DNA of 53,297 nucleotides from Cystobasidiomycetes sp. EMM_F5 (GCA_051047955.1 JBPGPT010000042.1:62001-115297), one strand, 5' to 3'; shown: positions 12,053 to 24,669, counted from the stretch's first letter. Translations and numbers: made by a program. The notes: generated from the sequence alone by a model not told the origin.

Positions 12053-13905
12053 TTACAACCTCACTAACGACACGCCGAGAATGCCCGGCGTCTTTTGCAG
12101 GTCATCCAGAACGTCACTCGACACATCCCCGCCAACCCCTAAGATCATCAGTGCTTCGTTGTCCTGCCCCGTCGTGCCCGGGTCACTTCCTACGCTCATA
12201 GACTCGAGCTTGGCCTCGAGATCCAGCGAGGCGACTTGCATGTAGACAATGTTGATGCCGTGCCGTCCGAGGACAGTACCGACCCCGCCAATCTTGCCGG
12301 GCTCGTCATAGTTGTGCAGCACAATCATCGTACCCTCGGGATGAAAGTTTGCTGTGAAGCTGTCGAGCTTGGACACGTAGAGCTGATTTGCAGCGACATA
12401 CCCCTCAATGACTCTATTTTCTATGCGGCCAGACGGAGTCTTGTACGACGCGCGCAGAGTCACAAGACTTGCGTACGCTAGATCCTCTTCCGCCGAAGCA
12501 TGGGTCTCGCTGATTAGCAATCCCTTGTCTTTTGCAATCATTGACGCATTGACGATATTGACGTCCCTTCCGCCCGAGTCGGATATACTCGATACCAAAC
12601 CTTTTACTAACGCTGCCAGAAGAGGACGCGTATTCTTGATGTTGGCGAGTTCGCCCTGATATACGAGCTCGAATCTTCTTCCGGCCATAACGCCCGTCCC
12701 ACCACCACCCCTCCTACTGAACAACGCCTGTGTCTGTGTAAACAGTCCTCCCATCTTTTCGACAAGCCGGACAAATGGCTGTAATCTTCTGTATTCTTCG
12801 GGTAGGATCAGCGGGGCATTGACGGCACTGGTGGGGACGCCGCCTCTTAATATCTCTGCAACTTGAGCACATACGTCCAGCGATACATTCTCTTGCGCTT
12901 CTACGGTAGATGCGCCAAGGTGGGGTGTCGCAACTACTTTCGGGTGCGCCGCTAGTTTTGCTGCGACCGAGTTCGCTCTCGGTGGCTCGCTTGTGAAGAC
13001 GTCGATGCCAGCACCAGCAATGAGTCCTTTGTCCAATGCCTGCAGTAGAGCCTCTTCGTTATATACACCTCCCCGGGCGACGTTGAGGACGCGAGCAGTC
13101 TTCTTCATCAATAGAAACTGCGGTCCGCCCAGCAAGTCCAGCGTCGTCGCAAGAAGTGGAGTGTGGATGGTGAGAAAGTCTGCGAGGGGAAGAATATCAT
13201 CGAGGGATGGCACCAACGTAACGCCTGCTTGTTTAGCAATGTCGGGACTCGCATAGGGGTCCAGAGCCATAACCTTCATTCCAAGTCCTATCCCCATCCG
13301 TGCGACTTTGAGCCCTACTTTGCCTAACCCTACTATTCCAAGTATCTTTCCCCCCACTTCTGCGCCGACCAGACTGCTCCGCTCCCATTTCTCTTTTTTG
13401 AGTAAAGCGTCTGCACGACCAACATTTCTTGCGGTAGCTAGGAGCAGTGCAATCGTGTGTTCTACTTATGAGTAAGCCGTCAGCATTACGAGTTGCGTAT
13501 TGAAGAATGTGCGACCCGTGAAAAGGACATACCTGCAGCAGCAGTGATGTTTCCGGACGGCGAGTTTACGACTATGATACCGAGCGAGCTTGCTGCGTTC
13601 ACGTCTATATTGTCGACGCCGACTCCAGCTCTCGCGACGACTTTTAGATTCTTCCCCGCTCTCAGGACTTCGGCACTCACGCGCGTCTCGGAACGCACTA
13701 TGAGGCCTGAGTATTCGGGTATCTCCTTCAGAAGCTGTTCCCCTGACAGCCCAATCTTGACGTCGACGTCGTAGTCTGCCAGCAAGGCTAGCCCGTCACC
13801 CGATATCTTCTCGGGAACCAATATCCTAGGCCTCCCCTTCCCCGTATTTCCGTTGATGCGGGGTCCCGCTGTATTGTAATTGAACGCAGCCATTTCTGAG
13901 TACAC
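12053..13905 (-). CDS. serA: D-3-phosphoglycerate dehydrogenase, type I architecture (catalytic + ASB + ACT), single intron 13462-13532
   Basis: LIVRSETRV, VVARAGVGVDNID, AAAEHTIA, GIVGLGKVG, LNVARGG, TPHLGASTVEAQENV, DVNIVNA (ASB) and NYDEPGKIGGVGTVLGRHGINI (ACT). Start is 13905 or 13893. Confidence 0.93.
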
Positions 13906-14221
13906 GCTGGACTGTGCTCGTGTAGTGTACTCTTAGACGCAACCAAGCGTAGTTGAATGGCCCTCGACTCTGGCTTGGAATGTAAAAGGTGCCTTCTCGT
14001 AGTTTGAAGCAAAGTAAAGTAGCTTCCAACAAGTCCAGATCAAAGTGCGTCTTTCCAGGAGGTTCAGCTTGCAGATATGTATAATTAGTTCTGCGAATGG
14101 CCTGGGTGCGTGCTCGACGGGCAGTTGCAGGAAATGCAAGGCATGATCTTTAATCTTTATCTGATTAGATTAGATCAAAAAACGTCTACTTAGATCAACA
14201 CAACCCATGGAGCAGCGGTAG

Positions 14222-15939
14222 ATGGGCAGCGATGATGCAGCACTGTCATCCACGACAGGCCAGCCATCGTGCAGCCGCAGTCTCCAGCCAGAACGACATC
14301 GAGCACTCGAAATCAGAACAACGGCAGACCGCGGAAGAGGCGTATTCGCAATTGAGGGTATTCCAGCCAATACGGTAGTGGACGAGTCGCCCGTGCTCAT
14401 CGTCTCCAACGACGAGTACACCCGACACTCGCTCAGCAAGTCAATTTTCGAAAGCTACCTATTCACTTGGGATAGAGCAAACGGCCACTATGCATTGGCA
14501 CTGGGGTGAGCAATAGTGCTATCGAGTGGTCCTGACGATGACCTGACCTCCTTTACCGCTCTTCTCAGCCTCGGCAGTCTGTTCAATCATGATACCGTAT
14601 CCCCAAACGTCTCATACGCCCTTGACAAGACAAAGCAGGTCATTCGATATACAACGAAACGACATGTAGACGAAGGAGAAGAACTATGCATATTCTATGG
14701 CCACGGTGTGCATTTCGGCGACAAGGGAGAATTGCTGGTAGAAAAGGATCCGGAAGCTCAGCAGACAGAAGAAGAGGCTATCACTGCATTAGAGTCGGTG
14801 AACATTCACGGTGGTTCTACATCAGTCGCCAATGCCAGCGACAACATGCACGATCCCGTAATCCATCCGGATGATCTGCCGTTTCAAATCGTAACAGGGA
14901 TTCTCAAGCCAGAAGATATGCCGCTCGAGACAGGTCAGTCCGTTAACAATACCATAGAAGTTACCTGATTTTGTATTGCCAGTCGATGCCTATTTCCTCA
15001 ACGTTAGCCCTCGCGAGTCCGGCAGAGTTCTCACCTTTCTCAAGGATCAAAACTTGGCTCAAATCCCACAACTCAGACACTGCAGACGTATTCGGAGTCA
15101 CAAGGGTATGCCGACTTGTGCATGCTGCGTTTACGGCGCTGATGCTAGCTCTACGACCTTTGCAACCCATAGACTCGTCGACGGTCCAAATTTTGCTCTG
15201 CCATTGTGAGACGTATTCGTTAACGGAGATGACAGGTCTACTGCAAGCGCACGTTCCCGGCCTTGGTGAGCCGCAAGTCGCAGCAGTCCCTGCAAATCCT
15301 GCACGCACAGCTTCACAACTTCGCGACTGGAGCAATGCATATTGGCCGGTCTCGCTCATCCCCATAAAGGAGGATGTAATGGCTGCTTCTCGTAACGTAA
15401 GCTGGACGAAAGATAGGCTGAGATGGGTACGATCATGCGCGGAAAGATTGGTCAAGCTATCTGAGCAGGCTCGGGCTGCCCAGCAAGTTCCTGTTGGGTG
15501 TTTCGTTACGGAAAGTTGGGTTGCTGGCCTGCATTCTTCGCAAAATCTGCCAATCGAACTATGTCACGATCTTGACACAAGGAAATCGTCTGGACACCCA
15601 TTAGCGCACTGCGCTCACAATATGATCTCCCAAGTCGCACGGATGGACAAGAGCGGTACGAGGCCAAGTATGCCGACGACCGATGCAAACTATCTGTTGA
15701 CGGGCCTGACGGTCTTCATCACGCATGAACCGTGCCTCTTCTGCTCAATGGCGCTTCTGCACAGCCGAATCGCGTGCTTGATCTATCTGAAGAGCAGTCC
15801 TGGATCGGGTGGATGTGGGACAGAGTACAGCTTGCACGAGCAAAAGGGCACAAACCATCATTTCGAAGTATGGACGCTGAAGGAGGGGATGTGGAGGGAT
15901 CTGACGAGGAGACTAGACGCTTTGCAGGTCGATGCATAA
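14222..15939 (+). CDS. TAD3: Fusion protein: N-terminal SET domain + tRNA-specific adenosine-34 deaminase subunit Tad3
   Basis: Introns 14506-14568, 14934-14982 and 15106-15172 join one frame. SET motifs RGRGVFA, LGSLFNH, ELCIFYG. Tad3 motifs LRHCRRIR, YWPV, HPLAHCA, YLLTGLTVFITHEPCLFCSMALLHSR, NHHFEVW. Confidence 0.88.
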
Positions 15940-15993
15940 ATGTCAGCGTTGTCGTTTCACCAATCTGAGCCGCCAGAGTGTTCTGCCTCGGCC

Positions 15994-17230
15994 ATGGGAG
16001 CTGCAGAGTCCAGGTCACTGACCTCGACGTCGTCGGATGTCAACATTCGCGGCCGTATTGGCTTCCACGTCCTCCGAGTCGCCGATGGGTCGCCCGCTGC
16101 TGTCGCAGGCATCGAGGCCTACTTTGACTACGTCGTGGGCGTGTCTGGTCAGCCGTTCAATGCGGCTACGCATGCTGGTCACGGCGGTGGGAATATCGAA
16201 GAGATGCTCGCGGGCATTGTTGACGACCACGAAGGGCGACAATTGAGCCTCCAAGTCTGGTCGAGCAAGCGGGCGGATCTCAGAGGTGCGATGACTTTTC
16301 ATTGGCGACATTGTGCGCAGGCTGATGTGATTGTGCTCGTTCGCAGACGTGACTGTGGTTCCATCGCGCGCGTGGTCGGCACACGACGAATCAACATCGG
16401 AAATGCAACCATCGCTGCTGGGTCTGTCTCTGCGGCTGTGCAATCCGGACGGGGCTCTCGAAAAGGTGTGGCACGTTCTTGAGATCCTCGAAGGATCACC
16501 CGCAGAGTCTGCTGGTCTGGTGCCCTTTGGCGACTACATCCTAGGCTACGCTAGCGGAGTGCTGCAAAAGGAATCCGACTTTTATGAACTCGTAGCGCAG
16601 TACGAGGATAAGCCTTTACGATTGTTCGTGTACAACTCGGACTTTGACGTGACGCGAGAAGTGGTCATTGTGCCTAATCGAGCTTGGGGTGCACAGAGTG
16701 CGGGAGCTGGGTTGCTAGGCTGTGGGATCGGCTATGGTGTACTCCATCGCATTCCAAGACCTTCCGAGGAGTCCGCCCGACCTTCACCGTCAACAACGCC
16801 GAGGCAAATGCAGCCTGCCCAATTCAATCAGCCATCACAACAGCCTAGCTCTTCACAGGCGCATCCTCAATCGCAACAACAACAAGCTCACGCCTCTTCT
16901 TCTACCTCTGTTCCATCACGTCCATCCGTGACCAGCTCAATCCCACCTAAACGTATGACTGCCTCGGTCGTGCCGGCTACCCCTCCTCGTACTGCATCTC
17001 CCGCAAACAATGTAGGCCGCATAGCCAGTCCTGCAGCGCGCAGTAACAATATAGCAACATCTCCGAGATCAGCCGACCGCTCTGTGGCCAACGGACAAGC
17101 TGCACTCGGGTACGGCAAGGCTCAATCGCACGCGTACGCCCTCAATCCTCCGCCGAGAAGTCCAAGCGCGCAGGGTAAACGAAGTAGCACGGCAGAAGTA
17201 ATTGACGAAGAGGAGGAGGAGCTTACTTGA
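15994..17230 (+). CDS. GRH1: GRASP55/65 Golgi reassembly-stacking protein
   Basis: MGAAES N-terminus, GFHVLRVADGSPA, VWHVLEILEGSPAESAGLVPFGDYI, GLLGCGIGYGVLHRIP, S/P/Q-rich tail. One intron near 16287-16346. Confidence 0.93.
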
Positions 17231-17720
17231 CGTCTTTGATTGGCTTTACAGGGTTTGATTGTTGTTGATACAAAGATCCAGCGAAATCCAGCGAGCGCCT
17301 TTTACGTGACGTGCCTTTAGAGGACATTTGCTGGACGATGAAATCGGACGGTGTCCACTGCTTACTCACTAAGTCACTTACCAGCATGTTTCTCTCGTCA
17401 AATGGAAGCTCGGACGGGTCGGATCCTTCGCGCACGTGACTGTCCCCGCAGAACCGCAAGCCGCAATATATACGGTCGCCAAAAGGAAGAGCAAGAACGG
17501 AGTACCTTCCGGCTACAAGATGTTTGATGTAATCGTGTGACGAAACCTACGCTTCAGACCAGCGGAGAAGGCTGAACTGGCAAAATACAGCTGCAATTTT
17601 GACCGAAGTACCTGATCTAGTTTGCGGCAATGGCGCAACCGGCCGAACGGGAAGTCTGCTTCCCAGCTGTGTTCGTCTGTTACTTCCTCTCTGGTTGCTT
17701 CGCCAGAGGACTTGCGAAAT

Positions 17721-20119
17721 ATGCTCACGTTACTCAGATCTGCCCTACTCGTTTCGGCAATTTCAGTAGCGGCAAATGCCGGTCATTCCCACGAAGCCCG
17801 TCAAGTCGCAAACAGGACAAGCTCGTCTCCTAACTTTGTCTTTATAATCACCGATGACCAGCGAGTCTACAATGCCTACTTTCGTGATTCTCGTGTTGAT
17901 GTAAATTGCTTGCCAGAGATGCGGGAACGGCGACACCGGAGATTATGCCACTGTTAACTTCTTGGTTTAAGACTGGTTCAAACTATTCCAATTTCTACAC
18001 CCCGCTATCGCAATGCTGCCCCAGCCGAGTCGTGAGCACTGACAAGCTATACCTACCTATACTGAAAGCTGACTTTTTCCATGGGATCCAGACCTTCTTG
18101 AGAGGGCAGCAGCCGCACAATCACAATGTACAGCTTTATCGTAAGATTCGCACCTGTTATGATGCTGAGTGCCGCGTATCGATAGATTACAGATGTTTCA
18201 CTGCCATACGGGGGCTGGGAAGTTTTTAATGCGTATGGGTAAATTCATATACATACACAACTCTGAGTGACCCTACAAGCATAACTAAGTGTTTGAATGG
18301 GTGATCAGCTATGGAAACAAGTGGTTGCCGTCGTGGCTACAGGCCGTAGGGTATTCAGTAAATGTTACTCAATACATCGACTTGCCCAAGAGCTCACGAT
18401 CTTCTATCACAGACCTGGTACACTGGCAAGCTGATGAATGGACAAACTACGGCAAACGCGGTCGCCATCCCGACTCAGGGCTTTAACGGTTCTGACATCT
18501 TCCTCGATCCAAGTACCTACAATTATTACAACACGTCTATCACGCATAACAATGAGGCACCTCGTGTCATTGCAAATTATTCAACAGATCTTGCCCGCGA
18601 CTATGCGCTTGGTTATCTAGACACCATCTCTGCGGCCAGACTGAGAGGAGACAGCGCACCGTTCTTCGTTGGGATAGCACCGATAGCACCTCACTTTGTT
18701 TCGGGACCACGAGGCAATGCTTCAAACCCGGACTTCTTCATTACTTATCCTCCTATTCCGGCACCGCGTCACGCCAATCTGTTCAATACATCGACTCTTC
18801 CGCCTAAAAGCAGTTACAATGCCAACGTGTCATCGGGAGCCGGATGGGTCTACGATCTACCGGTCTTCAACGAGACTGTCTCGGCTTATAACCAAGAATG
18901 GTACAGATTGAGATTGCGCGCCTTGCAGGCTGTAGATGAGCTGGTCGACGCTGTTTTTAAGAAGCTGCAAGCGAACAATCTCCTTGATAATACGTAAGTA
19001 ACTCATAAGCATTACTGGAAGAGAGCTGAGCCTGTTCATAGGTATATAATATACACGTGCGGAATACTGCAGTTTGATCATGCTGTCAAGCTAATAGGGG
19101 ACCTTGCAGAGGAGACAATGGATTTTCAATCGGAGAGCATCGACGACCTCCTGGCAAGTGCGCAGTGTACGAGGAAGATACTCGTGTGCCCTTCTTCGTC
19201 AGAGGGCCAGGCGTAGCGACCGGTCAAGTCAGCAATGTTACGCACTCGATGACGGACGCCGGGACAACATTGCTATACCTTGCTGGCGCAGACACCGACC
19301 TCGAGCTTGACGGTAGGATCATGCCCTGGGGCAACAAGGGAGCCAGCAAATCACAGCTTGGATCCGCCAATTTCCACCTCACAGAATACTGGAACTCTCC
19401 TTTGCGTAAGTAGCATTCCATGCAGTACACCTCGATGGCTGACTGTTCGTCTGGCTTTAGTCGAGGGCATATATGGCGGTAGGGTCAAGGTGAAGCGAAG
19501 GCCACGGTGATAGCTGCTGATTGGACCTTCTCTCGCAACAGCTACTTTTCTCAAAGACAAGACCAAGTATCGGTCTTTGCGCGTCATTGAAGAAGGCAAT
19601 AACTATATGTATAGCATTTGGTGTACTGGGCAACGAGAGCTCTACAACATGGCCGTAGATTCATCGCAAATGAACAACCTCCTATCCTCACAATGGTCGC
19701 TAGGGCCGGCGCCGGCCTGGAATGTGTCTGGCTCGTCAGCTCTCGGACTGAGAGTTGCATCTCGTCTGGATGCGGCATTGCTCTTCCAAAAGACATGCAA
19801 GGGTCGGACTTGCCGGACGAACTGGGCGAATCTCTTCCCATACGGCGAGGTGACATCGCTCGCGCAGGCATTGGACACAAAGTACGATTTTTACTTCAAT
19901 TCTCTGCCCAAACTCAACTTCTCCGACTGCACCCTTGGGTATCGAGGTGAGAGTCCCCACAGAGAGTAGAAGCGCAGACAAGAGCTAATCTAACCCCCAG
20001 TGGCTACCGAGCTGCCTCTCTGGTCTACCGATTTGGCTTACTACGCTCCAAAATACGTTGCCAACTCGTCCTACACTCGCCGAGCTCTGCAGGATAATTA
20101 CTTGATATTGGTAGACTGA
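17721..20119 (+). CDS. Secreted arylsulfatase (N-acetylglucosamine-6-sulfatase-like), many introns
   Basis: Signal peptide, PNFVFIITDDQD, formylglycine motif CCPSR, YTGKLMNG, PIAPH, RLRALQAVDELV, GDNGFSIGEHR..GK..YEEDTRVPF, WCTGQRELY. Confidence 0.92.
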
Positions 20120-20568
20120 GTGGCATGTAGTACTAGTAGACGGGGTCACCCAACTTTGGAGCAACTTTGACTGCACGTCAACTTGCAACCAATTCAATAT
20201 TCAACCAATATTATTCATGAGTCGCAACTACTACTACTGAACGTGTCTGCTGCTGTGCTATGTATAGCCATAGCCCTTCCAAATATATGCTCCGACATCC
20301 AATCCCGTCTCGTGAGCCAGGCCGGGCCATAAGAATGTGCCCAATTAGCTATCCGCTCACCTTGTGCTGCCCTCATGCACGTTCTGGATGCCGCCAACTG
20401 ATATTCTGGCAGAGGTCCATTGTTGGCACCAGACTGTGGCAAACATCCCCGAACGTATTTTGCTTCCTTGCAACCTAGCGGAACGAGTGGTTATGGCTTG
20501 CTTGCATGGAAGTCTCTCTACCCTTCTTGACAGATACCCATCTCGCATACTGAAGACCGATACTGACC

Positions 20569-22448
20569 ATGAAGCTGACAATCTCGGCCGCACTCGTACT
20601 GGCTGCCTCGTGCGAAGCTAGCCCCTTCCACAACAAGCGCGCAGCGACGTATGCAGGAGCCACATCTACAGATGTGTATCCCCCGCCTTCCGTGACCATC
20701 AACTCTGCCCTCTTTCCCGATGAAACACAGCTAGGCTACCCGGGCGTAGTGTTGACAGGAGCCGAACCAGCGGCCGTTCAGACTGCCATAGCAGCGCCAG
20801 TCATCTCGCTGCCATTGTCGCCAATTGTAGTGTGAGTTCTGCTGTATGATGGCCTTATAAGCCAAATCTGACTGTATTCCTTCCACATTCAGAGCCAGCC
20901 CCGCCAACTCCACAAACAGCAAGATCAACCCTCTGCAGTACTCCGGAAATATCGGACCCGCGTACTCTGTAAACTCGAGCTTCTACGGCTTATCGAATAC
21001 CTCTGCCCAAACTCCTGCCGGATGCTCAATCACCCAAGTGAACCTGCTCTACCGCCATGGAGCTCGTTACCCCACCACCGGCGCCGGACCATCTACATTT
21101 GCCGCAAAAGTTCACGCCGCCGCTACATCTGGAGGATTCAATGCCACTGGAGCATTGTCCTTCTTGAATAGTTGGCAGTATCTCTTGGGCGCAGAGTATC
21201 TTGTTCCCTTCGGTCGACAGCAGAGCTTCAATCTAGGAGTGGAAAAGAGATATCAATACGGTTACCTTCTGAACAATTTCACTCAACAAGGCATACTCCC
21301 TGTATTCCGTACACAGTCTCAGGATAGAATGGTCAAGACTGCTCTCAATTTCATGGCAGGGTTCTTCGGTACGTCTTCGCAATGCCATCTGTGCTCATTA
21401 CGCTAACGAGCTCCTGGCAGGTATCCCTGAGTACCAAACGCAGGCAGCACTCGAAATAGTCGTAGAGGCGAACGGCTTCAACAATACAGGCGCCCCTTAC
21501 TATACATGCCCAAATTCCAACGTCGCGACCAGAGGGCAAATTGGCGGTATTATCGCTGCAAACTTCTCGGCAATTGCCTTCAGCACGACTGCTCAGCGCC
21601 TTCAAGCACTCGTGACGGGCATCAACATCACTGCTAGCGACATTGTGCCAATGATGCAGCTATGCTCTTACGAATCTCAAGCTCTGGGCTACTCGTCCTT
21701 CTGCAGCTTGTTTACCGAGGAGGATTACCGAAACTACGAGTACCAATACGATCTGTCATTCTACTACAACAATGGATTCGGATCTCCTGTTTCTGCCGCG
21801 CAGGGCAAAGGATACCTCGAAGAAATCCTCGCCCGCCTTCAAATGCAGCCTATAACCGAGTACAACAGTACCACTAATTCTACTCTCGACAATAGCAACG
21901 TCACATTCCCTCTAAATCAAGCAATTTACGCTGACGCGACCCATGAAGTGAGGGATAGGTGTAAAAGTTCAAAGCAAAGGGAACATAGGCTGACTCTTAT
22001 CTAGGTCGTCGTCGCAGACACTCTTGCTGCTTTCAACCTGACGGCTCTGGATGCAACGGGTCCCCTTCCTCTCCTTCAACGACCGTCAAACCAATCTTGG
22101 GTCGCTTCTCAGATTGTACCCTTCTCAACACACTTCGAGATTCAGGTAATGTCGTGCTCCAGTCGCTCACCGTCAAAGCAAATTCGTTTCATCCTGTGAG
22201 TTTACGATCTGCGGCACGATGACGGAGCAAACTGGGACTGAGGCGATCTCTACAGCAACGATGCCGTCTTGCCTATCGACAAGTCATATCAAGGATGCAC
22301 ATCCGACCCAGACGGCCTGTGCTCGTTTGACACGGTCGCGGCTGCACTGCGCCAGCGTGTGAAGGAGATTGATTATCAATACGACTGCTACGGCAATTAC
22401 TCCATCACGCCGGGTGTCGATTACAATGGACGCGCTCCCCGCTCGTGA
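20569..22448 (+). CDS. Secreted histidine acid phosphatase / phytase-like
   Basis: Signal peptide and KR site, catalytic RHGARYP, FRTQSQDRM, LCSYE..FCSLFT, YADATHE (HE in place of HD), IVPFS, NDAV..C..DGLC. Confidence 0.92.
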
Positions 22449-22603
22449 ATGAGAAGGAACGGAGTGGACCTGCGAAGAGTCGTGTGACTAAAAGTATCAT
22501 AGAATGTGGGGAATCCACAATCAATCAGATTTGCCGATTCATACCAGTATCAGCTCTTGTGTAAAGAAAGCAGAGCCGCTAATAGAAGCATAAATGATAT
22601 CAA

Positions 22604-24636
22604 ATGAATACCATGCAAAGTCGTCGTGTTCAAGTATTCTTGACCGCTCGCCAATTCATGCAAAGAAGCGGTCAGCAGCACCGAGGTCGGCCATTCAGGC
22701 GGAGAGGGAGAGGCAGAGGACGCGCAGCAGGAGACGGCGACGATGAAGAGCAAGTCAAGCCCGTCAAGTCTGGCTGGAATAACTTCCACAAACAAGTTGA
22801 AAGCGGGTCCAGACTATCGCATGGTTCCGCGAACACCTGGGAGCATTCCTCCGGCGACGTAGCCTTCAAGGACGCAGTGCTGCCCATGATTCAACGTCGA
22901 ATATCGCGCGAGACTGTCGATAATCAGCTCGTCCAGGCTGCAAAAAGACCTTGGGACGGTCGCGTAAACAAGGTCGCGTCGTTGCAGAAACTAGCAATGC
23001 GAGTACTCGCAGAGAATGCGCATCGTTCAGACGTTCTGGATGGTCTCAGCGAAGGCCTTCTGTCTGGTCGCCTGCTTGGACAGCTCTTCCGGCGACTTCA
23101 GCATGTCTATGCAGGATCCATGCCGTACTTCATGTGGGAACGCCTCGCTCATACTTATGCGGACACTCCCAGGACGCTAAAGACCTACACGGACGTCGTA
23201 TTTGACGATGCGGACACCCTCAGACATCTCCACACCTTCAAAGCTTCCTTCGCCTTCACGCCCTCGTGCGAAATTGTCACGTATCTGAATGTCAGCTGTA
23301 CAGCCTTTACAAAAGCAGACGTGCACAAAGTCAAGCACCTCCTCTCGTCCAGTCTGGTCGCGCTTCGACTGGATCTCCTGCCGGTCATTGACGATGATGC
23401 ATTAGCAGACCTCTCGCGAGACTGTGAAGACGGCCAGGAGTTTGCAAAGCTGCAGATACTGTCCTTGCGCGGCTGTACCAAGGTTACCGACAAAAGTGCG
23501 AGCAGATTCGCCAAATTTCACCGGCTCAAGCTTATAGGTCAGTGAGGCATACGGATGCAGCTAAATTATTTCAACGAGCTTACCGCTTTTTTACCACAGA
23601 TATACGGGGCTCATCCTGCACGTCGGCCACCAAGACCATCCTGCGAGGACGTACGCGGCCCCCTTTCGTGGCAGCTTTCTCAGCTCTACATCGCTCGCTG
23701 TTCGCCAATATGACCCTCGACAAACAGGCGAGACAGCTGGAAGATATATCCCGCGCTCCATTCCCCAAAGCAGATGCCACGCATATACCTGTCCTAGCAG
23801 AGAGCATGTCTCCTGCACTTCACATTACAAAACTCACGCGCCTCGATAATTCGCGTATACGAGATCCGCGGGATGCTAGAAACGATAGCCCGTTCGTCGC
23901 AAATCATCACATCTACGGAAGTGTCTATACTACCATGCCAATAAGCAAGGAGGAGCTGCACAAAGTGGGCGATGAGGCCGCCTCGAAAGGTGAAGCCTTT
24001 CGCACTGGATGCGAGGCCGTCATGCGTGGAGAGTTGGTCATGTCGCAATTGGATCGCGCCTGGCAGCGACCGCTCAAAAATGATAAGGATGATTCGGTCG
24101 ATGTGGAGGTCGAGGAGGTATACGAAGATGACTCTGATCTCGAGCAAACGCCCAGCTGCATCGGCGGGATTGAGGCTGTAAGAAGGGCCACTCCGGAGGA
24201 TAACAGTACGGGTCGTTTCTACAGGACATCCACCGCGCCAGCAATTCCCTCCGTTGCTGCGAGCATACCCGAAAAAGATGATCTCATGTTATTGCGCTTC
24301 TTCGGCTCGATATCTGAAGCCAACGACAAGGCCGGGTTGGATGCTGCGCACAGCGAGCGGATACAACAGGTCGTCGTCAAGCACCTTTTACCCAGCGAAG
24401 GCAGTGCATTAGAAGTTAAGAAGCGCAAATCCGACAAGGTGTCCAATGATTTGTTTAGTGATCTGTTAGTCAAGCCGATTCGCAAAAGGCTGGCAGCGGC
24501 AGCGGATGCGAATGCTATCCAATCGACTCCCGCACTAGCACCTCGACCATCCTCTCAAACATCTGTAGCTAGTATTGTCAGTAATAAAGGTCGTCCATTA
24601 GGCATTGTAAAGAAGAGATTCCAGTCAACAGTGTGA
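22604..24636 (+). CDS. Hypothetical RNI-like leucine-rich-repeat protein, 2 exons
   Basis: Two long ORFs joined by an intron near 23538-23600. VASLQKLAMRVL, LQILSLRGCTKVTDKS..LKLI|DIRGSSC are LRR-like. RG-rich N-terminus. Start is 22604, 22613 or 22658. Confidence 0.65.
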
Positions 24637-24669
24637 TTTGGATGGGCAGTTTGTCGTTGTTGCCAGACA

